A model generated the notes under the pieces. It had not been told where the DNA came from. It did no database searches and saw only the letters and a program-made list of their open reading frames with translations. The translations under genes and the position numbers were made by a program. Shown here piece after piece: positions 1-9,048 of a stretch of 64,000 nucleotides of DNA (the stretch's first letter is position 1; the number at the start of each line of letters is the position of its first letter). The stretch is from a candidate division FCPU426 bacterium (GTDB lineage Bacteria > Oederibacteriota > PGYV01 > Palsa-1178): NCBI GenBank assembly GCA_963840035.1, contig CAWIXE010000001.1, positions 640,001 through 704,000 of the forward strand, in the 5' to 3' direction.

Positions 1-294
1 GAGCTGAGCATCCGGGAAAAGGATGAAAGAATCAAAATGGGGAGCGAAGAAATAATTGCCATACCAAAAGGACAAAAAACAGCTTATCCCCAAATTCGGG
101 TACTTGTTGCGGCCGGGAAAGTAATGCAAATGAAATTTTATGATATGGCCGGTAAAAAATATTACGATGTCAAGGTTAACACCTATGAAAAACAAAACGG
201 CATCGACATGCCGGTTGATATTGATGAATCAATAATCTCAGCAAACAACCGTATTGACAGCAAGATTGAATACGCTGAAGCAACAGTAAAATAG
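1..294 (+). CDS. C-terminal part of a hypothetical protein (possibly outer-membrane lipoprotein-sorting/LolA-like fold); 5' truncated by window
   Basis: Frame is open from base 1 to TAG at 292-294; the family guess rests on weak sequence resemblance (FYD..GK....V..YEKQNGIDMP). Confidence 0.5.
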   Translation, partial: ELSIREKDERIKMGSEEIIAIPKGQKTAYPQIRVLVAAGKVMQMKFYDMAGKKYYDVKVNTYEKQNGIDMPVDIDESIISANNRIDSKIEYAEATVK

Positions 295-346
295 AGCGTT
301 TTGACTTAAATATGCGGCTGTAAAGATTTCATTCAATCTATATTTA

Positions 347-1042
347 TTGGAAAAGGACTATAACCTGATGAAGAAAATCATGAAAACAAAAACTAGGCAA
401 AAAAGGAAACTGCATAAAACTGCCGTTGAGGACAACAGGGAAGCGCGGCGGTTTTTGTTTGTTACGGGCGTGACAATGGCCGTTTTCATGGCGCTTAATT
501 TTATATCCATACTTTGGCTTCAGGATTTGTCGAAAAAATACATTAAGAAACCCGCCGCAGCTGCGGTTGCGGCGCCTGCTCCGGCAATCAATAAAAGCTA
601 TAAGGAAAAGTCGGATGAAATGCGCTACAGGAACCCCGAACTGGAAAAAATGAAGGATTTGAAGATTGGCGGGGAAATTGAAAAACCCATGCCTGTATTT
701 GAAAAACTCAAATTTACCATGTCTGATGAGCCTGTTTTTGGAGGCGAAAACCCCGTATACTCCCTCTCTGTATGCTGCCCGGGCGGCCTGGCCAAGGAAT
801 TCTACACCGCTAAAATGCCGTGGGCCTTCATAATGTACGAGTATGAGCAGGGGCTGCCGACAGTAACGGTTTTTGAAATGGACAAAGGAAAAAAGCAGGG
901 GCGTTTTGAGATAGTTGTCCTGGACGCGAAAGCCGATATGGAAAAACTTATGGCTGTGTCAGTGGGAATATACGCGGAGCTTTTAAAGGCATATATGCCC
1001 GGGTATGAATGGAGAGGGTCGGTAAGGCAGGAGATAAACTAA
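347..1042 (+). CDS. Hypothetical single-pass membrane protein
   Basis: 231-aa ORF with basic N-terminus, one hydrophobic helix and an Ala/Pro linker; start uncertain. Confidence 0.6.
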   Translation: MEKDYNLMKKIMKTKTRQKRKLHKTAVEDNREARRFLFVTGVTMAVFMALNFISILWLQDLSKKYIKKPAAAAVAAPAPAINKSYKEKSDEMRYRNPELEKMKDLKIGGEIEKPMPVFEKLKFTMSDEPVFGGENPVYSLSVCCPGGLAKEFYTAKMPWAFIMYEYEQGLPTVTVFEMDKGKKQGRFEIVVLDAKADMEKLMAVSVGIYAELLKAYMPGYEWRGSVRQEIN

Positions 1043-1195
1043 TCACAGATCCCAAATCACAAATCCCAAAGAAAGAAGCAATTTGTGATTTGGGATTTGT
1101 GATTGTGTTTTAAAATTCCCTTGAAACTCCCCCTAAAGTGTGATAAATTACCTATACTTTAACACGGCACGATTTTTGCTTATAGGAGTTTTTAA

Positions 1196-1480
1196 ATGGC
1201 AATTACAAAAAAAGACGTAGAGTACATCGCCAACCTTTCCAGGCTGGAGATTACAGAGCCGGAAGCGGATGAGTACACAAAGCAGTTATCCGACATATTA
1301 GAACACGTCAACCGCTTAAGCAAACTAAACACAGATAACGTGGAACCCACGTTTTTTGTCATTGATATGAAGAATGTAACAAGAAAAGATGAAGTGGTAC
1401 CGTCAGTAGACAGGCAGAAAGTTTTTGACGCGGCGCCGTCGATAGAAAACGGCGGGTTTAAGGTGCCGAAGATTATTTAG
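1196..1480 (+). CDS. gatC: Asp/Glu-tRNA amidotransferase subunit C
   Basis: ITKKDVEYIANLSRL...FKVPKII; RBS AGGAG; precedes gatA. Confidence 0.95.
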   Translation: MAITKKDVEYIANLSRLEITEPEADEYTKQLSDILEHVNRLSKLNTDNVEPTFFVIDMKNVTRKDEVVPSVDRQKVFDAAPSIENGGFKVPKII

Positions 1481-1558
1481 TCACATGACCCAAGACCCAG
1501 GACCCAAGTGTGCAACTTGAGTCATGAGTCCTGGGTCTTGGGACAAACAAAGGTGTTT

Positions 1559-3019
1559 ATGGAACTGTACCAGCAAACAATAGAGCAGCTGCACAAACAG
1601 CTCATAGAGAAGAAGATAAAGCCTTCGGAAATACTTGATTCCGTGTATAAGCGTATTGACGCTGTCGAACCCAAAGTAAAGGCTTACCTGCGTTTGACAA
1701 AGGAACTTGCTTATGAACAGGCTAAAAAGGCTGAAGAGCGCATCATGTCAGGGACAAATGTCACGGAACTCACGGGCATACCGCTGGGTATTAAGGACAA
1801 CATGTGCCTGGAAGGTTATGAAACCACATGCGCATCCAAAATGCTTGAAGGATATAAACCCCCATATACGGCCACGGTGCTGCAGCGTTTAATCGACGCG
1901 GGCGCGGTGTTTACCGGAAAACTTAATATGGACGAATTCGCGTTCGGTTCCTCCACTGAAAACTCCGCTTATCATACGACCTGCAACCCATGGGATGTGA
2001 CCAGGGTTCCGGGAGGTTCTTCAGGCGGGTCAGCGGCGGCAGTCGCGGCAGACATGTGTATCGCGGCTCTTGGCTCTGACACAGGCGGGTCCATAAAACA
2101 GCCTGCGGGACTCTGTAATGTGACAGGACTGCGCCCCACGTACGGCAGGGTGTCGCGCTTCGGGCTCATAGCGTTCGGCTCATCCCTCGACCAGATAGGG
2201 CCCATGACAAAGACGGTCAAGGACAACGCAATACTTTTAAAATACATGGCAGGCATTGACAGGGCTGATTCCACTTCAGCCCCCGTTGAAGTGCCTGACT
2301 ACTACAAAAAAATAAAAACAGACGTTAAGGGATTAAAGATAGGCATACCTTCGGAATACTTCATAGACGGCATGGACGCGGAAGTAAAGGCGAAGATAAT
2401 GGACGCCATAAACATGCTGGAAAAAGAGGGCGCGAAGCTCGAGAAGATATCTCTGCCGAATACGGATTACGCGCTTGACGTGTATTATGTGGTGGCGCCT
2501 GCCGAGGCTTCATCAAACCTGGCCAGGTTTGACGGGGTGCAGTACGGGCTGCGCGACAAAACAGCGGACAACATGATAGACATGTACAAAAAATCAAGAC
2601 GCGCCGGCTTCGGCAAGGAAACAAAAAGAAGGATAATGCTCGGCACTTACGTGCTCTCGTCAGGCTACTATGACGCTTATTATAAGAAAGCGCAGAAGGT
2701 AAGGACTCTCATTAAAAATGACTTTGACAGGGCTTTTGAAAAAGTGGACGTAATACTCACCCCCACATCGCCGACCACCGCGTTTAAGATCGGCGAAAAA
2801 GCCGCTGACCCGCTGACCATGTATTTATCCGACATATTTACCATAGCGCCTAACATGGCGGGCATGCCAGGCATGTCGATACCCGCGGGATTTGACTCTA
2901 AGGGCCTGCCAATCGGAATGCAGATAATGGCGGCGCCGTTCAAAGAGCAGGCCATATTTGACGTGGCTGATTTTTACCAGTCCAAAACAGACTGGCACAC
3001 TAAAAAACCAAAAATTTAA
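1559..3019 (+). CDS. gatA: Asp/Glu-tRNA amidotransferase subunit A
   Basis: Amidase signature PGGSSGGSAAAV, GSDTGGSI, EASSNLARFDG; start moved to ATG at 1559. Confidence 0.97.
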   Translation: MELYQQTIEQLHKQLIEKKIKPSEILDSVYKRIDAVEPKVKAYLRLTKELAYEQAKKAEERIMSGTNVTELTGIPLGIKDNMCLEGYETTCASKMLEGYKPPYTATVLQRLIDAGAVFTGKLNMDEFAFGSSTENSAYHTTCNPWDVTRVPGGSSGGSAAAVAADMCIAALGSDTGGSIKQPAGLCNVTGLRPTYGRVSRFGLIAFGSSLDQIGPMTKTVKDNAILLKYMAGIDRADSTSAPVEVPDYYKKIKTDVKGLKIGIPSEYFIDGMDAEVKAKIMDAINMLEKEGAKLEKISLPNTDYALDVYYVVAPAEASSNLARFDGVQYGLRDKTADNMIDMYKKSRRAGFGKETKRRIMLGTYVLSSGYYDAYYKKAQKVRTLIKNDFDRAFEKVDVILTPTSPTTAFKIGEKAADPLTMYLSDIFTIAPNMAGMPGMSIPAGFDSKGLPIGMQIMAAPFKEQAIFDVADFYQSKTDWHTKKPKI

Positions 3020-3038
3020 CATATTACAGGAGGCTCTC

Positions 3039-3332
3039 ATGAAATGCAGAAATTGCGAGAACAAGACAGGATTTTTAGTAATGGTTACGGATTACAAGCC
3101 GCTTGAGCTCTGGGAGTTCGCGGGCGGAACATTTACCAGGTACGACCAGAAGGATTCAGGGGACATGGAACAGACACTGCAGTGCGCCGCGTGCGGATCG
3201 GATGACATAGACACCGAGGGCATGGACACGCAGAACTATTCAGACAGGCCGCTGGTAATCCTTTCTGAAGAAGAGTGGGAAGGCAAAACAGCCGAATTCA
3301 AAAAAGAAGAGCCGGCTGAAGAGGATAAATAA
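3039..3332 (+). CDS. Small acidic zinc-ribbon-like protein
   Basis: MKCRNC...CAACGS (two CxxC motifs); RBS AGGAGG before ATG 3039. Confidence 0.75.
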   Translation: MKCRNCENKTGFLVMVTDYKPLELWEFAGGTFTRYDQKDSGDMEQTLQCAACGSDDIDTEGMDTQNYSDRPLVILSEEEWEGKTAEFKKEEPAEEDK

Positions 3333-3338
3333 AAAAAG

Positions 3339-4805
3339 ATGAACGTCAGGGACAAGTACGAGGTAGTCATAGGGCTCGAGGTACATGCCGAGCTCAACAC
3401 AAAGACCAAAATATTCTGCGGGTGCAAGAACGAGTTCGGCGCCCCGCCGAATACCTATATCTGCCCGAACTGCCTGGGCCTTCCAGGGAGCCTGCCTGTT
3501 TTTAACGAAGGCGTGCTTTACAGGGCGATAAAGGCGGGGCTTGCGTTAAACTGTACAATCGCTGAGAAATCAAAGTTTGACAGGAAAAATTACTACTATC
3601 CGGACCTTCCAAAGGCATATCAGATATCACAGTTTGACATGCCCATTGCGATAAACGGATCTGTGACAATAGTGGAAAAGGACGGCACCAGAAAAAAACT
3701 CGGAATCACCCGTCTGCACATGGAAGAGGACGCGGGAAAACTCCTGCACTTAACCAAGAGCGGCCAGATAGGCGACGCTGAAGCGTCGCTTGTGGATTAT
3801 AACAGGGGCGGCGTGCCGTTAATCGAGATAGTATCAGAGCCTGACATGAGGACCTCCGAGGAAGCCTACCTGTACCTTAACTCCGTAAAAGCCATATTGA
3901 AATTCATAGACGTATCCGACTGCAACATGGAAGAGGGGTCGCTGCGCTGCGACGCCAATATTTCAGTGATGGAAAAAGGCGCGAAACAGTTCGGCACAAA
4001 AGTCGAGATAAAGAACATGAACTCCTTTAAGAACGTGCAGAAGGCCATCGATTATGAAGTGGAGCGCCAGATAAAGGCGGTCGAGGCCAAGGAAACCATA
4101 ATACAGGAAACAAGGCTGTGGGATAACGACAAGGAAAAGACATTCTCCATGAGGTCCAAGGAAGGCTCGCACGACTACCGCTACTTCCCGGAACCGGACA
4201 TCCCGCCCATGGTAATAACAAAAGAATTCATAGCAAAGATAAAGGCGGAGCTCCCCGAGCTGCCGCTGCAGAAAGCCGAGAGGTTTGTGACGGAATATGG
4301 CATCCCCGCGTATGACGCCGGAGTGCTGACCTCGGAGATAATCACGGCTGATTATTTTGAAAAAGCGGCCAAACTTTCAGGAGAGCCCAAACAGTGCTCG
4401 AACTGGATAATGGTGGAAATGCCCGCGAAGATGAACGAGGCAGGCATAGATAAAATCACACAGACAAAGATACCCCCGGAGAAACTGGCCGGCATGATAA
4501 AGCTCATCAAGGACGGCACCATAAGCGGAAAGATTGCAAAGACAGTCTTTGACGAGATGTTCAAGACAGGCGACGACGCGGATAAGATAGTCAAGGAAAA
4601 AGGGCTGGTGCAGATATCGGACACAGGCGCCATAGAAAAGGCAGTTGACGCGGTACTCGCGGCAAACGCGAAGGTAGTTGAGGAGATAAAAGGCGGAAAG
4701 ACCGGAGGCATAGGATTTTTGGTAGGACAGGTAATGAAGACAACGGGCGGGAAGGCAAACCCTAAGATGGTAAATGAGATAATAGCTAAAAAAATCAGCG
4801 GATAA
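3339..4805 (+). CDS. gatB: Asp/Glu-tRNA amidotransferase subunit B
   Basis: VIGLEVHAEL, KFDRKNYYYPDLPK, EEGSLRCDANIS, DYRYFPEPD. Confidence 0.97.
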   Translation: MNVRDKYEVVIGLEVHAELNTKTKIFCGCKNEFGAPPNTYICPNCLGLPGSLPVFNEGVLYRAIKAGLALNCTIAEKSKFDRKNYYYPDLPKAYQISQFDMPIAINGSVTIVEKDGTRKKLGITRLHMEEDAGKLLHLTKSGQIGDAEASLVDYNRGGVPLIEIVSEPDMRTSEEAYLYLNSVKAILKFIDVSDCNMEEGSLRCDANISVMEKGAKQFGTKVEIKNMNSFKNVQKAIDYEVERQIKAVEAKETIIQETRLWDNDKEKTFSMRSKEGSHDYRYFPEPDIPPMVITKEFIAKIKAELPELPLQKAERFVTEYGIPAYDAGVLTSEIITADYFEKAAKLSGEPKQCSNWIMVEMPAKMNEAGIDKITQTKIPPEKLAGMIKLIKDGTISGKIAKTVFDEMFKTGDDADKIVKEKGLVQISDTGAIEKAVDAVLAANAKVVEEIKGGKTGGIGFLVGQVMKTTGGKANPKMVNEIIAKKISG

Positions 4806-4838
4806 TTACAAATTACCAATTACTAATTACAAATATAT

Positions 4839-4862
4839 GAGGCGCCGAAAGGCGCCTTTTTT
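4839..4862 (+). terminator. Intrinsic terminator after gatB
   Basis: AGGCGCC-GAAA-GGCGCCT followed by T tract. Confidence 0.85.
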
Positions 4863-4869
4863 GTTTATT

Positions 4870-5295
4870 CTATTTATTTGTTTTTTTGAATAATACCAGT
4901 TCCTGCGCCGTCTTCAGGGCGCGGGTTGTTTTGATATCCACTGTCAGAGGTATGAATTTTTTTCCTAAACCCAAAAGTTCGGCATATTTTTCTTTTAGTT
5001 TTTTGTCTATAGACGAAATCAAAACACGCTTTTCATCTTTTGGGCCGAAGTAGCAGGTTGCTTTAAAGGAACCTTTCCAAACCGAAATCCAGCAGACAGT
5101 CTTATCCTTCAGCGTGGCCTTATTAAGCCAGGATCCGCCGTCTTTATAGTAACGCCATTCATTTTTAAGCCCAATCTCTTTTGAGGCGATAAAACCCAGA
5201 AAATCCGTCCATAAAATGAAGCTTTTCCCCAATGCTTTTTTTAAAACACCGTTATCAGGGTAGGTATTAATATCGTTTAATAATGGCTTTTCCAA
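4870..5295 (-). CDS. DUF3788-like protein
   Basis: EKPLLND...YP..., EWRYYKDGGSWL.K...K.KTVCWISVW; TTG start after AAGGAG. Confidence 0.7.
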   Translation of the reverse strand: MEKPLLNDINTYPDNGVLKKALGKSFILWTDFLGFIASKEIGLKNEWRYYKDGGSWLNKATLKDKTVCWISVWKGSFKATCYFGPKDEKRVLISSIDKKLKEKYAELLGLGKKFIPLTVDIKTTRALKTAQELVLFKKTNK

Positions 5296-5334
5296 GGAAC
5301 ATCTCCTTGTGCACTTTTGCGCTCCCCGTTTTTC

Positions 5335-5555
5335 GTAGAGCCGCCGCTTGCTGCGGCTCAAGGTTGGTATTTCGTAGTCGCAGGCCTGCGTTTCACCGGC
5401 CTGCGCCTAGATAAGGTATAGATGGACGCAAACCAACGACAGTCCAACCTCCCTACGTACGCACCCCGATGGAACGTAGAGGGTGCGACTACCGCTGTTA
5501 AATAGTATGAACCTACAAAATGCCTCATCTGAGCCGCAGCAAGCGGCGGCTCTAC
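5335..5555. repeat. Nested REP element: outer inverted GTAGAGCCGC.GCTTGCTGCGGCTC pair enclosing one copy (5374-5492) of the 146-bp-array REP doublet
   Basis: Direct comparison with 21545-21700, 23117-24424 and 40291-40315. Confidence 0.85.
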
Positions 5556-5568
5556 AAAAGAAACATTG

Positions 5569-5913
5569 TTAAATCAAAGGTAAGGTCTCCCAGTGGCCTT
5601 TTGAATCATTAAACCTTATTATCTTATCTATATAGATACATCCATCAGCGGGCGAAAGAAAGAAAAAACCGTATTGCGATTCCGTATATGGTTTTCTTTT
5701 GTAACAAAAGTAATCCCTTCTCTGCAGTTCTATTTCCACGCCGTCCGGATAACTTTCGTTGTATGGTCTTGCGAGCCTGCAGAGGTAATTGTGGGCTTCC
5801 ATCAGAATTTTTGCGCGTTCGGATTTAGCTGTGTCTTTATCAAGGACTACAGCCATATTTTCAATCTGAAGAAGGGCGGTTTTGTTGAACTTAACGGGAT
5901 GAAGGGGGGTCAC
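5569..5913 (-). CDS. Putative divergent RelE/ParE-like toxin
   Basis: 114 aa; N-terminal V.F...A..Q strand-helix and C-terminal beta strands (FFF...IYIDKI); overlaps upstream ORF by 4 bp. Confidence 0.45.
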   Translation of the reverse strand: MTPLHPVKFNKTALLQIENMAVVLDKDTAKSERAKILMEAHNYLCRLARPYNESYPDGVEIELQRRDYFCYKRKPYTESQYGFFFLSPADGCIYIDKIIRFNDSKGHWETLPLI

Positions 5914-6206
5914 TTTGGGTATTTAACCTTTTTGGTTATCTGTTTGCCGTCCTTAAAGAACATGTCCTTAAGACCATACCTTCCGGCAACGTCCGCAAAA
6001 TCAACTGCGGTTTTTGACTCTTTTTCAGCCCTTCCATACTCTGAGGCAAGCCTGGCTTCCGCGACTGATTCTGCTTCGTGTATTATGGCCTGCTCTATGA
6101 AATACTGCGCCTTAAGGCCGTATTTTTGCAGGGTGTCCTTGTACAGTTCCTTGACAGAAGGGGATATCTTTACGCTCTGGATAACAACGCCTGATTTTGT
6201 CTTCAT
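5910..6206 (-). CDS. Putative RHH-type antitoxin
   Basis: 98 aa; beta-strand SVKIS then helices (QYFIEQAI); strong RBS AAGGAGG. Confidence 0.5.
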   Translation of the reverse strand: MKTKSGVVIQSVKISPSVKELYKDTLQKYGLKAQYFIEQAIIHEAESVAEARLASEYGRAEKESKTAVDFADVAGRYGLKDMFFKDGKQITKKVKYPK

Positions 6207-6232
6207 ATAAACCTCCTTAAGCTCTTATACCA

Positions 6233-6283
6233 GATATAACATTTTACTACTAAAATGTCAAATAGTAATACAAAGTAATACTA
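6233..6283 (-). promoter_or_regulatory. Sigma70 promoter with palindromic operator for the putative TA pair
   Basis: TTGACA-17nt-TATATC on the minus strand; palindrome ACATTTTA-N4-TAAAATGT (6239-6258) spans the spacer; GTAATAC direct repeats upstream. Confidence 0.6.
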
Positions 6284-6304
6284 AAACAACAACGTGTCAA
6301 AGGC

Positions 6305-6375
6305 GAGAGGGGGCAAGCCCCCTCTCTACAGTTTTGTATTAATTGGAGTTGTAGAGAGCCGGCTTGCTGGCTCTC
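6305..6375. repeat. REP pair (GTAGAGAG..GCTTGC..CTCTC family)
   Basis: Same family at 53698 and 54719-54786. Confidence 0.8.
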
Positions 6376-6414
6376 CGGGCAGGGTATAAATAATTAACAA
6401 CGAAGTCGGTTTTG

Positions 6415-6549
6415 TGTTATAATATTTACGTTATACAAGTGCCTGTCGCAAAAGGCGGATAGAACAGATTGATGCTTCGACGAGCTCAGCACAAGTTGTC
6501 GATTGTCAATTAGAAGCTAAACCACGACAGGCGAAAAGCCTGTTTTTTT
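6415..6549 (+). promoter_or_regulatory. Candidate attenuator/riboswitch-like leader of the rlmD-like gene
   Basis: Extended -10 TGTTATAAT; GCCTGTCG (6441-48) can pair with CGACAGGC (6525-32), which overlaps terminator ACAGGC-GAAAA-GCCTGT-T tract. Confidence 0.5.
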
Positions 6550-6572
6550 GTTTTATACGGGTTGTTGTATTT

Positions 6573-6630
6573 GTAGGGGCAATTCATGAATTGCCCAAAC
6601 CGGGGCGGGCGATTCGTGAATCGCCCCTAC
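6573..6630. repeat. REP doublet GTAGGGGCAATTCATGAATTGCCC / GGGCGATTCGTGAATCGCCCCTAC
   Basis: Inverted GTAG palindromes; further copy at 40238-40261. Confidence 0.85.
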
Positions 6631-6664
6631 AAGAACGTAAAAATGCGAAACGAAAGGAACTACA

Positions 6665-8155
6665 ATGTCAAAAAAACACCAGTACGAAAAGCCGCCGCTT
6701 AACGTGGGGGATGAAGTGGAAGTTGATATTATTGACCTGGCTTATGGCGGGGACAGCGTGGGGCGGTACAGGGATTTTACCGTTTTCATACCTTACGGCG
6801 TGCCGGGGGCGAAGGTGCGGGCTAAGATAACCGAGGTAAAGAAGAACTTTGCTTCTGGAAACATTACACGCGTTGTGAGCCAGTCGCCCATATATGAAAA
6901 ACCGCCATGCCCATATTTCGGCAAGTGCGGCGGCTGCGACTGGATGAATGTCAAGTACGGCTCGCAGGTAGCGCATAAAATGCAGTTTATAAAGTTTATG
7001 CTGGAAAAAACCGGCGGCATACCCAACGCGCTCATACAGGAACCCGTTAAATATGAAAACCCGCTTCATTACCGCAACAGGGCGCAGTATAAACTTATTA
7101 TCGAAGGCGACAGGGTAAAGATGGGGTTTTATAAGGCGCGCAGCCATGATGTAATCGGAGTGGACGAATGCCTGCTCCTGCACCCGAAGATAAACGAGAT
7201 AGCCGCCGTGATAACAGAGGCTTTAAATGAGAAAAGGAAAGAGGTAACTTTATACGACGAAAGGACAAACCGCGGATACTTAAGGCACGTGGCCATCAGG
7301 GTAAACCTGCAGGGCGAGAGCCTTGTCACGTTTGTGGCCAATGACAGGGACATCAAACCTTTTGTCCAGTACGCGGCGGATAAGGTCAGGGAAAAAATTG
7401 AGGGCTTAAAAGGAATCGTCCTGAACATAAATACCGAGCCGGGCAACAACGTATTCGCGGACAAGGAAAAACTTATTTACGGCCAGACGTATGTAACCGA
7501 GCACGCGGCAGGCATGGATTTTAATTTAAGCTCAGCCGCTTTCTTCCAGGTAAACGCGACAATGCTTGAAAAGATGGCCGCGTTTGTAAAGGATAACATC
7601 AAGCCGGGCGCGAACGTGCTGGACCTCTACGGCGGCGTCGGCGCGCTCACACTTCCTTCAAGGGATAAGTTCAAGGAAATTTATGTGGTGGAGATAGACA
7701 CCAGCGCGGCAGAGCGGCTCCACGAGATGACTATTAAAAACAACATAAAAAATGTAACTGTGGTAAACGGAAGGGCGGAAGACGCAGTCGACAGGTTCTT
7801 AAGCGACGCGAGGATAACAGACGTGGTAATAGACCCGCCGAGGAAAGGCATACATCCGAAAATTTTGTCGGCGTTGCGCAGGTCCAGGATACAGAACATC
7901 ATATACATCTCATGCAACCCGGCAAGTTTTGCCAGGGACTTAAACGAACTTAAGGAAAATTATTATCTGCGCGAGACAGTGCCGTTAGACCAGTTCCCGC
8001 AGACATACCACGTGGAAATAATGAGCAAACTGGAATTAAAACACGGAGGCGACAGGGCCCGCGAGGACGACAGCAGGGGATACGGCAGAAGCAACCACAG
8101 GTCGCAGAATATGAATCACAGGCGCGGGCATAAAAGAAATGACGACAGAGGGTAA
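6665..8155 (+). CDS. rlmD: 23S rRNA (uracil-C5)-methyltransferase RlmD/TrmA family with TRAM domain
   Basis: CPYFGKCGGC Fe-S motif, YRNR, FFQVN, DPPRKG, YISCNP, DQFPQTYHVE. Confidence 0.9.
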   Translation: MSKKHQYEKPPLNVGDEVEVDIIDLAYGGDSVGRYRDFTVFIPYGVPGAKVRAKITEVKKNFASGNITRVVSQSPIYEKPPCPYFGKCGGCDWMNVKYGSQVAHKMQFIKFMLEKTGGIPNALIQEPVKYENPLHYRNRAQYKLIIEGDRVKMGFYKARSHDVIGVDECLLLHPKINEIAAVITEALNEKRKEVTLYDERTNRGYLRHVAIRVNLQGESLVTFVANDRDIKPFVQYAADKVREKIEGLKGIVLNINTEPGNNVFADKEKLIYGQTYVTEHAAGMDFNLSSAAFFQVNATMLEKMAAFVKDNIKPGANVLDLYGGVGALTLPSRDKFKEIYVVEIDTSAAERLHEMTIKNNIKNVTVVNGRAEDAVDRFLSDARITDVVIDPPRKGIHPKILSALRRSRIQNIIYISCNPASFARDLNELKENYYLRETVPLDQFPQTYHVEIMSKLELKHGGDRAREDDSRGYGRSNHRSQNMNHRRGHKRNDDRG

Positions 8156-8926
8156 ATGAAGATAATTGAATTTAACAACATCACAGTCATCAGAGGCGCG
8201 GAGCGCATATTAGACAGCGTTAATTTGGATATTTCATCAGGGGATAACACCGTAATTCTCGGACCCAACGGGTCCGGCAAGTCCACCCTGATAAAACTCA
8301 TGACACGCGAGATATATCCTTATAATATGGAGCCGAATGTCTTTAAGATATTCGGGGAGAATGTGTGGGATATCAATACCCTGCGCGGGTCTCTCGGGAT
8401 AGTCTCTGATTCCATGATGCTTTTCGCGAACCCTGATGAGACCTGCTTTGAGATAGTGGCCTCAAGTTTTTACAACGCTATGAACCTCTATAATATGGAG
8501 GCGGATAAAAATGCCGGGAAAAAGGCCATGGAGCACCTTGAGTTCATGGACATAGCGCACTTAAAGGACAGGCTGATATCGGACGTGTCCACCGGAGAGG
8601 CAAGGCGCGTCTTTATAGCCAGGGCGCTCGCGCACAACACTAAGGCGCTGATGCTTGACGAGCCGACCAATTCACTCGACATAAGCGCGGTGCGCAAGTT
8701 CAGGGAGACCATGTCAAAGATAGCGAAGAAAGGCGTGACAATCATAATAGCCACGCATACGCTGCAGGACATTATACCTGATATACAAAACGTGATGATG
8801 CTGAAAAAGGGGAAGGTTTTTAAGGCCGGGAAGAAGAAGGACGTTTTAACAGACAGGAATTTAACTGATTTATTTGAGACGAAAGTTAAATTATCAGAAA
8901 ACAAAGGGCATTATAGTATTGTTTGA
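8156..8926 (+). CDS. ABC transporter ATP-binding protein (ModF-like)
   Basis: Walker A GPNGSGKST, STGE signature, LDEP. Confidence 0.9.
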   Translation: MKIIEFNNITVIRGAERILDSVNLDISSGDNTVILGPNGSGKSTLIKLMTREIYPYNMEPNVFKIFGENVWDINTLRGSLGIVSDSMMLFANPDETCFEIVASSFYNAMNLYNMEADKNAGKKAMEHLEFMDIAHLKDRLISDVSTGEARRVFIARALAHNTKALMLDEPTNSLDISAVRKFRETMSKIAKKGVTIIIATHTLQDIIPDIQNVMMLKKGKVFKAGKKKDVLTDRNLTDLFETKVKLSENKGHYSIV

Positions 8927-8948
8927 AAAAGTATTTTGATTTCTCCCT

Positions 8949-9023
8949 GTAGGGGCCGCCCTATGTGGCGGCCCGCAAGGCAGGATTTGTTTGTGTCGGG
9001 CGACCACATGGGGTCGCCCCTAC
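8949..9023. repeat. REP doublet GTAGGGGCCGCCC.ATGTGGCGGCCC / GGGCGACCACATGGGGTCGCCCCTAC
   Basis: Inverted palindromes; single copy at 20711-20736. Confidence 0.85.
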
Positions 9024-9048
9024 AGGAGAAAATAAAAAAAGAGGACAA

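Noticed and set aside
5674..6210. 178-aa + strand ORF
   Set aside because: Antisense shadow of the two minus-strand genes that have RBS and promoter
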